This document shows, piece by piece, positions 1 to 13,625 of a stretch of DNA of 64,000 bases (position 1 is its first letter; each line of letters starts with the position of its first letter). Source of the stretch: the human T2T-CHM13v2.0 reference genome, Homo sapiens. The DNA lies in NCBI RefSeq assembly GCF_009914755.1, contig NC_060942.1; one strand, given 5' to 3'. Under the pieces are notes generated by a model. It ran no database searches. It worked only from the letters and a program-made list of their open reading frames with translations, and had not been told where the DNA came from. The translations under genes were made by a program, and so were the position numbers.

Positions 1-433
1 TTCCCTCAAAAATTGATGTGGATGATCTGCCACTGAGGGCTTCATCTTGAACATCATCTTGTCTCTTCTTAAATTGACTTATTTATTTGTAAGCTGCTGA
101 TTTCTTTGGACATTGTTTCCCATAAACTTTTTGTGAAGCATCAATAATTTCATCGTTCTTCCACCCAAGCTTTGCCCTAAGTTTGATGTTTGTCTTTGCT
201 TCAATTTTAGCAGAATTCATGTTGCTCTGATAGGAGTTCTTTTCAAACTGATGTCTTATCCTTCTTAGTGCCTCAAACTAGAGTCTATTTAGATATGTTA
301 CAACAAAAGTTGATGAGTTTATGTGAATTTATGAGTTATGAGATTAATAATTTATTTTGGTGCAAAAAATTTTTAATCCATGCGTAGTTTTTTCACTATA
401 AGCATTTTCTATGAACCTTTCAAAGACCCCTCA
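1..433 (-). mobile_element. HSMAR2 mariner DNA transposon, 5' end with TIR and degraded transposase N-terminus (continues beyond window start)
   Basis: Minus strand from ATG at 220 reads MNSAKIEAKTNIKLRAKLGWKNDEIIDASQKVYG...PKKSAAYK*, matching the recalled Hsmar2 transposase start with a premature stop. TIR-like ...CTATGAACCTTTCAAAGACCCCTCA ends at 433 and is followed by TA. Confidence 0.9.
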
Positions 434-439
434 TATATA

Positions 440-1850
440 CTATTCATTCTGTTTCTCCAGAGAAGCCTAACTAAGACACATGGCTTAGAGATTTTTGCCC
501 TAGAAGAATAAAGCTGACCATAAAACAGAGTTCTCAGTCTCTTTCCAAAAACACCTGACTTCATTTTCAACAGGGTGTGGAAAAGTTTAAGCATAAGGAC
601 ACTATACAAAAGCACAGAGGTTGTGATGAAAAGCAATTGAGAGAAAATGATAGGTATATGAGAGATATAAGCTAAACTTTAGGTCAGCAAGTTTGCTGGA
701 CAGGACCTGGAACATAGACACCTGGGAGGAGCCCATCTGGATTTAGAACCAATGTAAAACAATGACCTCAGGAACTATCACTTTAAAAGATCCCAAATTG
801 GATTGGCCCCATATGTGAAGTAATATATGCCCCCAGGATATTTTTTTAAAAAATAAAGAAATCAGCCTGCAAATAGTGGAGCTAAATAATTGGGTGTGGT
901 CATGGAAAGAAAGAGTGAAAGGTAGTCCTGATTAAACTACTGTCATTCCAGATCCAGAAGCTCAATTAACTCAAAGTAGGATAAATGCAAAGTGATATAC
1001 CATCAGGAATGTCATAGTAAAAATACTGAAAGACAAAGACAAATGGAATATCTTGAAAGCAGCAAAAGAAAAACTGCTCTTCACTTACAAAGGAACCCCA
1101 ATAAGATTAACATCTGACTTCTCACTAAAAACACTGTAGACTGGAAGGCAGTGGAAAGTATATTCAAAGTGCTTAAAGGGGGAAAAAAACACGACCACAA
1201 AGAATCTTGTATTCTTCAAAAAATACGATGAAATAAAGGCATCGTGAGACAGACTAAAACTCACAGACATGCCTTACAAGAAATAGTAAGTGATCCCAGT
1301 CCAACCGTACCAAAAAACAGTATCAGTAAGGTAATTATAAAAGACAGTATAAATGCATATTTATTTTTTTCCTCTGAACTGACTTAAAAGGCAATTACAT
1401 AAAACAATACGTATATAATGTACTTTTAGGCCTATAACATATAGAGTTCTAATATATTTACCAATAACAACACAAAGTAGGTGGTGGCAGCAAAGTTGTA
1501 TTGACTATGGAAATGACTTCAGATAGTAACTCAAGTCAATAGGAACAAAAGAAAAGATACAGAAATTATAAAGAAAATGTTAATGTAAAAAGCAATAAAT
1601 ATACACTTGATCTCCTCTCAGCTTCTTTAAAAGATATAAAATTATATAAATTAATTAAAATTATAAATATGATGTAATGTTGGGTTTGTAACATTTATAT
1701 TAATAGATGCAATATGTATAAAAATAATATCACAGTAAGGGAAAAAGCTATGTAGATATGAGATTTCTATATTTCACTGGAACACAATATCAATCTAAAG
1801 CTAATTCTGATATGTTAAAATATTTATGGTAAACCCTAGAACAATCTCTA
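440..1850 (+). mobile_element. Old L1M fragment (5' region, ORF1 C-terminal part and inter-ORF region)
   Basis: 950-1290 resembles the L1 ORF1 3' part (ATCTTGAAAGCAGCAAAAGAAAAA...CCAATAAGATTAACATCTGACTTCTCA). Boundaries are approximate. Confidence 0.7.
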
Positions 1851-1857
1851 AGGCATG

Positions 1858-2513
1858 TAGTTGATTTTCATTATTCATTGTAGTTATGGTCTATAAAGCC
1901 TCTGCAAACATTCAGTTGCAAATCATGAATGAATTAATGAATGACCTCTAGTCACAATGCTTTTGTTAACTGATCATTATATTACCTCGTTTTATTGTTG
2001 CTCTTTAAAGATATCTGATTGCTAATAATGAACTTAGGGCAAACAGCACTGTACCTCATGCTGAATAAAGCTTATCTAACACATGTATTTTCTCCATAAG
2101 GGGTATCACAGTCCTCTTTAACTTAGGGACACTAGACAGCAGTTTAGGGCTGCACTTGGGGAGCCATTTTTAAAAGTGTAGTCAACAAGAAAAATCACAA
2201 AAATGCAAAAGCCATGGCTCTACGCAGAGCATGAAAAGGACATGTGTCTACAGTATGACCACAAACACAATAAGACACAGCATCGCCTGCTCAACCTCAG
2301 CTGGAAGCGTGCACATCTGGAGACTCAAACGCCTGCTCAACCTCAGCTGGAAGCGTGCATATCTGGAGACTCAAAGTTTTCACCCCTCTGCACATGCACA
2401 TGTCTACAAATGACCACAGATGTGCCATGTGTATTTATGTTGGGGTTGTAAATACATTTTTGCAAGTAGGTGAATTCACAGATTCAGAAACCACAAATAA
2501 AGATGATCAACTG
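1858..2513 (+). mobile_element. MER82 (TcMar-Tigger non-autonomous DNA transposon), near full length
   Basis: Starts TAGTTGATTTTCATTATTC and ends ATAAAGATGATCAACTG followed by TA. Internal sequence follows the recalled MER82 consensus. Confidence 0.8.
2284..2375 (+). repeat. 46-bp tandem duplication inside MER82
   Basis: CGCCTGCTCAACCTCAGCTGGAAGCGTGCAYATCTGGAGACTCAAA x2 (2284-2329, 2330-2375), one mismatch. Confidence 0.95.
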
Positions 2514-3934
2514 TAACTTTAAAAAATACCTGATGACTTGGGTGATTTTCCTTGACAAGTAACTTTCAGCCACTCTCTGTAGTCTCCATTCCAACATATC
2601 CAATTGCTCATTTCCATCCACATTATAGATTACTCGCCTGTGATTTTTAGGTTTTTTTGTGTTCTTATTGGGGATCTTAGTCTAGTCTACATAGTGTAAT
2701 GTTAAATACAGATATAAATGCTTGCTAAACCAACCACACTTAATATTAAAGATAATAAAATATTATTTCCTTAGGAAAATAGATCCTAAGGAATATTACT
2801 TAAATATTGATTATATTTGTATTATATATTAGATTATATAACTATAATATGCAAATGTGTATATAAATATGCATGTGGTTAATTATTGTGTTTATAAAAA
2901 TATTAATCAGCAAAATAGCCTTGAAAAAGCTAGTTATATCCTGTAAAAATTCTACATTTGGAGAAGAGAAATTAAAGCATAGTCAAAAGGTAATGAATTT
3001 ATTATAAGATCATATAATTATAGATATAATATCATAGGTTGTCATAAAAGAGGATATTAACTTGCTGTTTACTATGCTAGTTAATCCTGTCTTCTTTCTG
3101 TTAACAGTATGGATCTAGAAATAAGAAATCTTATAAATTAGAAGAAAAAATTCGCACCTTGATAAGCAGATTTTAAAAAATTAACTCATTGAATATTATT
3201 ATTGCAATGTTGTGTTTGCAGAGTTGTTGAGGAAATATACATTTGTTTGTTTCTGTTGACTGCGGGGGAAATTAAAGATGCACAAATTGTAGCAGAAGAT
3301 CTTGTACCAATAAGGAGTCAACATCCAAAATACATAAGGCTACTAGATATTTATTAATTGCCCAATAAATAAATTGTTGTTAACCTGGGTGCATAAATCT
3401 TGGATGGGCTTTGGTGGGAGAAGTGGTGTATGGGTCTGTGAACACTATGAGCATTTTTCTGGAGAGCAAGTCTATTGCTCTAAAATGTAACTTTTGGAGC
3501 AATGGACTTGCTTTCCAGTCACTTTTCTGACAGATATGTGTCAGTTGCCTCAGGACCATAGGCCTACAGGAAATTTGCATGACAGGTGAAAATTAAGAGA
3601 GAGGAGATATTAAATACAACCAATATTCAGCAGATATTTAATGAAAATCCTCTGTTATACCGCAACTGCTATTATTTGCCAGGTATATGCTTTTAATAAA
3701 AGCACAAAGTCCATAGAACCCTTCTACATAATGTGTAGGTCATTTCAAAATGCAGCAAACAATATAGTCTGTGACCAAAGTTAAGGGCATAATAGAAGAC
3801 ATTTTGTTTTTTTCTTTACTGTTTTTGGCTAAAGTCAATTCAGAATGAGTACAAATATCCCGTGGAAATTCATGTAAGACTGTGATAACTTATCATTTTG
3901 TTTCAGCACTCCAACATACAGCATACATACTGTA

Positions 3935-3964
3935 CACTAAGTTAAATATATTTTTTCTTTCAAG
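3935..3964 (+). promoter_or_regulatory. Branch point, polypyrimidine tract and 3' splice site of the DOK6 exon
   Basis: CACTAAG (3935-3941), then TTTTTTCTTTCAAG with the AG at 3963-3964. Confidence 0.8.
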
Positions 3965-4079
3965 GTAACTGAACTGCACAATATCAAAAATATAACCAGA
4001 CTGCCCCGAGAGACAAAGAAGCATGCGGTGGCAATCATCTTTCACGATGAAACATCGAAGACATTTGCCTGTGAGTCAG
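3965..4079 (+). CDS. DOK6: Docking protein 6 internal coding exon (PH domain; exon 3), 115 bp, phase 0 start and phase 1 end
   Basis: Flanked by ttcaag| and |gtaagc. Translates without stops to [38 protein letters not shown] plus G, identical to the human DOK6 segment as I recall it. Not in the ORF track because it is a short internal exon. Confidence 0.96.
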
Positions 4080-6309
4080 GTAAGCTATTATTGGCCATCT
4101 ACCCCTTGAGGAAATTGAGCTGCTTGTGAGACAATGGCCCAGGCGGATTAAGGTACACTATTGAACAGGATGGCCTACTGTCATGAGAATGTGCTGTAGA
4201 AGACTTCGTTCAGAAGCTCAACGTATTGATTTCTACAGATGTTTTTGTGCCTGTTGTTACATGTCTGTGTCTGGATTTGGCTCCCAGGTGGTCTGCCTGT
4301 TGAGGTTTCCGTTCAAGCTTTGAGAATTAAGTAAACAATACCTGGCAGGTGTTGTTCGGGTGAGTGCATGACCAATATTCTGGTTCTTGCTCATTGTGTC
4401 TCTAGGCATTTTGTAGGGCAGGAATCAGGGTGCTGTGCAAAAGCATGGCAGAGCACAGCCCCAGTCCGCAGACACCACAAAACAGAACTTTGAGGAATGT
4501 ATTGTTTTCATGGATTCTCAGTACTACAAGTAAATACATTTCAGATTGAATTTTAGCATCTCAGTTCGTAAAGCACTCTGACATTATTGAGACACAAGGC
4601 AGTTTATAGTTTGAACTTGCAGTATTTTTCATGTTGGAATCCCTGTGGTGTGTAATATATTAGTTGGCTTGTCACTTTTTAAAGATTTTGCTCAATGCAA
4701 TGGTGCATTCATTTTATAATGGATGTTAGCAGAAAGTACCAAGGGTTTGCAAGATGTATAACTTAAACTAATGATTAGGTCTTTAGGAGAAATTTTATTC
4801 AGCATTTTAAAAAAGTAAAATGGTCCTTCTAGTTTTGTATACTTTGTTTATGGATGTCATTAATGTCAGGTTATATTATTCTAAAACTGATAATATCCCT
4901 TTGCCTAACTGAAATTGCTCACACCTCTCACCGACCTTATCTTAGTATGGCTAAACTGAACTGGAATTTATCTCCGTGTTCCTCTTTTCTTGCGTGCCTT
5001 TATCCATCTGTCCCGGCATATTTCTCTTCACTTGCCATCTGACCTCCTTGCATCATTTAAAATCGACATTTTGGAGTTGCACAGAAGCCTGTTAAATGAT
5101 ATAAATTCCCATTTTGTAATACCCCCTGTCCCAACCTTGCTGGTGTAATATAATATCATCCAATGATTTTTCTGCCTTCCTGTCAGCTGTCTTAAAACTG
5201 GTAAACCACTTTATTTTTCTCTGGGCTCTTAATCTCTCATATTAAAACTAGTATTTAAAAAAAAACTAAAAGGTAATGCTTAATATTTAAATTTCTAATT
5301 TTCCCAATTACTGTACATTTTCAAATTGTAGTGAGCAATATTTTGAATGTATAGGAAATACTGGAGCCTATTAATTTGTTAAAGAATGATATTTGGTTAT
5401 ATTTCTTTATGTGAAAATCTTATTTATGTTGTGTTTGGAAAGGTATTGACCTAAAATTCATGTTTAGTTAATAACTTAATCATTCAATATATTGCTGCTT
5501 TCAATCTGACTACAATCTTGAATCCGATATTACAGTAGAAAGTCATTTAATGCAATTTTATGTATTTATACAGATGTTTTTTGATTTACATCATTATAAT
5601 CTACTCTCCATTTAACTTTCTATTGGTTGTAGAATAAACTACGCTTGAGAATATTACAAAGCTTACAAGATTCTGCCTTTTCAAATTTCTATATTCTTGG
5701 AAGTTAGAGAAAATACATATTCCTAAAATTTTGTCTAAATATCTTTGCTGCTCCATGACTCTTTTCTACCTCATTTATCCTGGTATCGCCTGAATGTCCT
5801 TGCCCTCATAGATCACAGAATACATACCAATGGCCCAATTGAAAGCAAAGCTCTGATTTACATCCTGATACTTAGAGCATTTTAATAGAAAAGGTGTATT
5901 ATTTGAATAGTACATTTGAGTTCTGTGCTCCCATCATCTCAAGTTCTTAGTTTATAAATGTCAGTCTCTATAATATATCGATATTGATCTATTAATTCAG
6001 AAACTCATATAAACATAGTTGAAATTCAGCAGTACTTGTGTTTATATACTATATGGAAATTCTGAAGTATGGTTTGTTGAATTTTGTTGGTCTATGCCCA
6101 ACAGAGGACCAGGGTGTTCAGACGGGAAGTGTGATAACAGAGCAGCGCCCAACTCCCAACCAGGGGCTGGAGTCAGAGCACCTTATCGTTACACAAGGTT
6201 CTGTGCAAACAAAACATTCTCCCTGCTGCGTTGGCTTAACAAAAGCATTTAAATTTTAATTTAAAGGCCATCAAGATTTAGAATTTTAAAATAAAACTCC
6301 CAAGTACAC

Positions 6310-7325
6310 CTAGCATCCAGATCTTTCTTGGTTTTTAGTAACAGGAACCAGGGCTTCTTGGAGAAATGGTAGATTCTAGGACCGGGGCATGAAATACATA
6401 AGACGAGCCCAGAGCATCTTGTAGTGCCAGAAAGTAAGGAAGTACCACACGAATGCTTCTGTATGTCAGAGGGACACAGGAGTTCCCAATGGCCAAAGAT
6501 GGAACAATTTGAATACTAAAATAAAGTAGCTAAGGATTATAACCCAAATTATAAATGAATATTTATGAGTCCATGCTTTAGCAATGCTTGATGAATAAAT
6601 ACATAGGAGAGTATAGAAAAATATCCCATGCAGAAAATTGCAAATAATTTATGTAGATGCTCTGTCCAGAGGAGGTGGAGCATGACTCCCTGTGCCTTAA
6701 GTGGGGGCTGTTCATAGTTACTTCCTCCCTAGGAGAATAGGATAGAAAGGGATGGGAGAAAACAGCTTTGTGGTGGAGAAAACTGACAGACACTGCCTCA
6801 GCCAGGTGACCAAGGTGAAGATCAACAATGATAAATCATGTTGATAGACTCTACCCTTGATATGACGTGATCAAAAATAGCACTTTACCTCTGTGGTCTT
6901 CATCCTAACAACCTATAAACCCATGAGAATAACATCAGACACATCCCAATGAAGGGACATTCTACAAATACCTGCCCAGTATTCCTCAAAACTTTCAAGG
7001 TCATTACAAAGAAGGAAAGCCTGGAAAACTGTCCCAACCAAGAGGGAGCTAAGAAGGCCTGATGAATAAATGTAATGTGGTATATTGATGGGATCTTGAA
7101 ACCAAAAGAGGACAATAAGTAAACACTAAGGAAAACTTAATAAAATGTGGTGATTAGTTAGTAAAAATTTATCAATACTAGTTCATTAATTTTAACAAAT
7201 GTACCATACTAATGTAAGATGTTACTAATAGAAGATAGATATAGGCTATATAGGAACTCAGTATTATTTTTGCAATAATTCTTTCAATCTAAAACTATAC
7301 CAAAATGAGATTTTTTTGTTTAAAA
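6310..7325 (+). mobile_element. L1MC-type (L1MC3/4-like) 3' end
   Basis: Diagnostic 3' UTR motifs GGAACCAGGGCTTCTTGGAGAAATGG, GAGCATCTTGTAGTGCCAGAAAGTAAGG and ACAAATGTACCATACTAATGTAAGATG. Confidence 0.8.
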
Positions 7326-8072
7326 ATAATGTGGAAGTGAATAAAAATATATCGATGACCTACAGTAGACTCAAGTATAATAGAAATATAGTGCATTATC
7401 AAGGATATATTAAAAATTAGTAAAGAAAATTATATCTTACAAATAACTGGTGTTTGAAAAACTAAATTCTTACACCATCCTATTATAGAATGCTTTCAGA
7501 ATGATGAAGTGATATTCATTATTTCTCAACAATGGAAATGACAATACTAAAATCATTGCCACTGTTCAGTGGCTTGATAGGAAATGTTAGATGTTTACCT
7601 AGTGTCATGAACAATAATGAAGAACCAGACTTAAAGTTGTATTGTGAGAGTCCCATTTTTCAATGCAGGTGATTCAGCAGAAGGCTGAGCCTACCACATG
7701 TTCTTTTAGCGAACTGAGCACTCCCTTCAGGGTCATTTTAGAATACTGTTTTATTGCTAACTTTGAAATAATTATCGAGGCCCTGCTTGGTTTTCTCTGA
7801 AATGCTGCTGTGTGAGCTTACCACACATCTGTAGGACAAATGGAAAGGTTACAAGATGGCTTACCTTTTGACACTGATTTCATAGCGCAAAAACCTACCC
7901 TTGTAGCCCCTAATCCTACAATTCAGCCGGCCTACCTTACAGAGTGCCCTGTAGACATTTGTTACCAGTCTATAGATCATGTAAAACCTATACCAGAATC
8001 TGCTTATCACAGTTATTGCTACCATGTTAGTCTCTTCCAAAGATTTCTAGATACCCTAAAATATGGACATCT

Positions 8073-8399
<327 letters not shown>

Positions 8400-9450
8400 T
8401 CAGTTCTTGTTGAGCCAAAAAGTTGACATTAAAATGCATGTATTTGTGAAGCATAAGTTTAGGGAAACTATTTTGGATATTAAGTTATTATACGATTTAT
8501 TCTCAGTGAAAAACATTTATAAAGAAATAGGATCATAATTTTATTTTAACTAGGATAATTTCAAAATATAAGCATCAAATTAGGGTCATTAATAGCATTC
8601 TTCATTGAAAATGACAAGTAGTGGTCTCAATAAATCACAGTGATAATTTGAATCCATAATTTAAACTGAACCCTGCAATTATTTTTAATATAAACAGATA
8701 ATTTCTATATCTGACTTTGAACTTTCCCATTATCAATTACCAGTGGGGAAAAATGGCTTATTTAGTATACTAATTAAGGAATTTAGGATTAGTATAACCA
8801 CAAAAGACAAGGTTCTGTTTTTTAAAAATTTTCGAACACACAGAAACCTCTTGCTAACAAAGACTGTTTCTTCTCATGTCTGAATTTCACACGCACAAGT
8901 CTGAAATGTGAAGGTTTCTTAATGTTGGTTTTATGGTTCGTGTAAGATTTTTGGGAAATGAAGGGCTCTTCATTAGGATAAAATGGTCTTAACTTCCCAG
9001 AGAAGAATTTCCTGACAACGTGGCTGAAGTTAGATACAAATGTTAATATAGAAGAATGCTTTTATTTGAATTTCTAGCAAATGGTTTTCAACTACTTTAA
9101 ATATGACCTACTTGAAAGTATTATTTCTTTTTTAAAACTACTTTTTATGTATAGATCTAAGTCTGCTTGAAGCTAGTAGTTAAAGTGTTTGAGAAATAAA
9201 GGCAAGATTTTTTTTAATTGTCTCAACCTTCATGACACATGCTGATCGGGATAAAAAAGAACTTGAAAATCATAATCAAGAAATTTTATTACTTTGTAAT
9301 GCAAATTATTTTTAGATAAATGTTAAGCTACAGTAGTTTATATCTGTTAATAAAATTTCATCCTCCAAGAAAATGCTGTGTCAAGTAGATATTGTATAGA
9401 TTATTAAATACTCAAAGGAATTGCCAAGCAATAACAAGAAATCCACTTTC

Positions 9451-9523
9451 ATTTTATTTGTATAAATTTGAGGGTACAGGTGCAGTTTTGTTATGTGGGT
9501 ACATTGTGCAGTGGTGAAGTCTG
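9451..9523 (-). mobile_element. 73-bp 5'-truncated L1 (L1PB/L1MA-type) 3' terminus
   Basis: GTATAAATTTGAGGGTACAGGTGCAGTTTTGTTATGTGG... flanked by a 15-bp TSD AAGAAA(T/C)CCACTTTC at 9436-9450 and 9524-9538. Confidence 0.8.
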
Positions 9524-9655
9524 AAGAAACCCACTTTCTAAAGTTTAATGAGTGTCGCTTCTCCTTGTCAGAGAGAGTATCTGCACCATGGCCTCTGGAT
9601 AGAAAATTTCAAAAAATCCTTGTAGTTTTTTGAGACCCCTGTTAGGAGAGATCCC

Positions 9656-9657
<2 letters not shown>

Positions 9658-9703
<46 letters not shown>

Positions 9704-9710
9704 TGTGTGT
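9658..9710. repeat. (TG)n microsatellite
   Basis: About 26 TG units with one TA interruption. Confidence 0.98.
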
Positions 9711-10572
9711 TTCAGAATCAGCTGAGACCAAATCATTTTGCAGCATTCAAGAAGTATTGGTCATTTTTAAAAGCTTAAACATACAAAATGATAAAAAGTA
9801 ACAGTAATTTTACTGAAACCTTTCTATAAGGTTAGGAAATGTATTAATAAGAGTAGGAAATGTATTAATCCAAAATGTCCTCCCTGCAGCCCCATGCGAA
9901 CTGACCTGTCCGTTTAACCAAAGAAGAAACAGAGGTACTTTGAACCTCAGCACATGCTCTTAACAACTAGGTCACCTGTACAAGTTTTCACCTAAGTCCT
10001 GATGCTAATTACCAAACGTATATTCACTTAACATAGATGACAGTCATATGCTGTCTTTTCCTTGAGGTCTCTCCTTAAGCACAAATTATTACTAAGTCTA
10101 GGATAAAAGTTAAAACATCACTTTTTTCTGGTGGATGACTTGAGAAATGAAATGTAACAACAATAAAAGGTAGTATAATTTTCAATATTCAGGAAATAAT
10201 CCCACTCATAATCTAAAGAATAAAAATTATATTATTATATTGTCACAGAAAAAGTATTTCACAATATTCAAAGACATTCATGATAAAAACTATGAGAAAA
10301 TAAAAAATAGATGGGAACTTCCTCAACTTGATAAAGAACATCTGCAGAAACCTACCGCTACATCACACTTAAGATAAAAACTGATGCTTTCTCCATAGAC
10401 TGGGAAGACGGAAAGCTTTCCTGCTCTCCTCTGTGCTGTGCAAGACAGTTCTGGAAGCTCTGTTGCCACAGTAAGGCAAGAAAGAGAAATAAAAGACATA
10501 CAGATTGGAAAGCAATGAATATAACTGCCCATTTTTTGAAGGCGACATGATTGTCTATATTTAAAAAATCCC

Positions 10573-10950
<378 letters not shown>

Positions 10951-11336
10951 TCAATAAAATACGTATAAAAGGAACAAACTTCAACAGAATAATGGCCACT
11001 TATGAAAAGCCCACAGCTAACATCATAATCCATGAATAAAAACTGAAAGCTTTTTCTTAAAGATGTGGTACAAGGCAAGGATGTTCACCCTTGCCACTTC
11101 TATTGAACATAGCACTGTAAGTCCTACCCAGAGAAATTAGACAAGAAAAAGAAACAAAAGACGTCCAAATTAGAATTACCTCTGTTTGCAGATGACATGA
11201 TCCTACATGTAGAAACCCTAAGACTCCATTTAAAAACTGTTAGGACAAACGAATTCAGTGAAGATGCAGGATACGAGATCAACGTACAAAAATCAGTAGC
11301 ATTTATTTATACTGATAACAAAAGATTCAAAAAGGA

Positions 11337-11469
11337 TTTTTTTTTTTTTTTTTTTTTTTGGAGACAGAGTCTCTTTCTGTCGCCCAGGCTGCTGGAGTGC
11401 AGTGGCGCAATCTCGGCCCACTGCAACCTCCGCCTCCCAGGTTCAAGCAACTCTCTGCCTTAGCCTACC
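11337..11469 (-). mobile_element. 5'-truncated AluS (right-arm end only)
   Basis: T-run plus about 110 bp of right arm; TSD TCAA(A/C)AAGGA at 11327-11336 and 11470-11479. Confidence 0.9.
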
Positions 11470-11619
11470 TCAACAAGGAAATTTTAAAAAATAAGCCTAT
11501 CTATCTAAATTGTGTTAAAAATAACAAAATACTTATGAGTAAATTTAACCAAAGATGGTTTTATGTGTTACTCTTTCATGGATCCCAGCACATGACAAAA
11601 GATTCCTGGGTCAGATACA

Positions 11620-11850
11620 ATAATTTTTTTTTCCCAAGTCCCAAAGAGGCAATGTGATTAGCCCAGATGGATGCCTGCACATGCAATGGGTTTGTGTCAC
11701 AGTTGCAGAACCCAGAACCAGAAACTAGGCCCTTTTTGAACAACCAGCACATATTGCAACAAGCAGCAAACAAGCCAACCCCCTTACCCCCAGGGGGAGT
11801 GAGCAGTTTCCTGGTAGTCGCACTTGATCTACTTTGTTGCCTTTGAAACA
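11620..11850. mobile_element. Probable old LTR fragment (ERVL-class)
   Basis: GC-richer segment (GCCTGCACATGCAATGGGTTTGTGTCACAG...) resembling recalled MER74/76-type LTRs. Family uncertain. Confidence 0.35.
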
Positions 11851-11879
11851 TTAAAACTCATAAAGAAGGAATATGATCT

Positions 11880-12700
11880 AATTTATTTTATGAAGCCAGC
11901 ATAGTAACATCTGATATTATTTTAACATATTTTTAACTTTAAATTTAAAAATTAACAAAAAGCTACAGCAATATACCATAGCAGGAAAAAGGTAAATATT
12001 CAAGAGCGATTTAATTACTATATAAAGGAAAATAACAAGTCTTATTTATAAACAAAATAGATCATTTCCTTGGATATAAAAAAATATTAAAATAATAAAC
12101 TTCTTCCAAAACACAATATTAAAATATAAACTTCTCCCATGTTAATACTGCATTTTAATATAGTTCCTACTTGGATGTCAACAAAATTTTACTTTTGGAG
12201 TAGGGAAAATTATTTAAAATTTATATGGAATAATATCTATGACTAACCAAAGACAATATGTTAAAGTCTAAAAAATTTTCAAAGAAAATTTGGAAAACTG
12301 TGTGCATAATCTAGGGAGAGACCTTCTTTATAAAGACAGAGCTCCAAAACTATAAAACACGACAACTGATACGTCTGAGCCTAAAAAATCAAACAGCTCT
12401 CCTACAGCAAAGGATTCACAAGCAGAGTCACTACACAAATTAGAGTTTTAGAATAATATTGGAAATGCAGGTAACAGATAAAATGTTAAAAACTATAATG
12501 TGAAAAAACCCTTATAAAGTGACAAGGAGGAAATGTTAACAATTACAGTTATGCAAAGATTATGACTAGGCAATTCACATTTTTATAAATACAAATGGCA
12601 AAATTGTTTTTTTAAGAAGACTTAAATTATAAAATTGTTAGAGATATAAAGAATCAAAATGATAATGAGAATAAAACCAAGATTAAAAGGAACCCTCAGT
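11880..12700 (+). mobile_element. Very old L1ME-type ORF2 3' fragment (host of the L1MA insertion; resumes at about 14790-15200)
   Basis: Degraded L1 ORF2-end motifs in colinear order on both sides of the younger L1. Confidence 0.5.
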
Positions 12701-12719
12701 TCAAGTTATAAATTTATTT

Positions 12720-13624
<905 letters not shown>

Positions 13625-13625
<1 letters not shown>

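Noticed and set aside
3890-3910. Alternative acceptor TTTTGTTTCAG at 3906, 58 nt upstream of the DOK6 exon
   Set aside because: It lies upstream of the apparent branch point, and the extension would add stops and a frameshift. There is no evidence of use.
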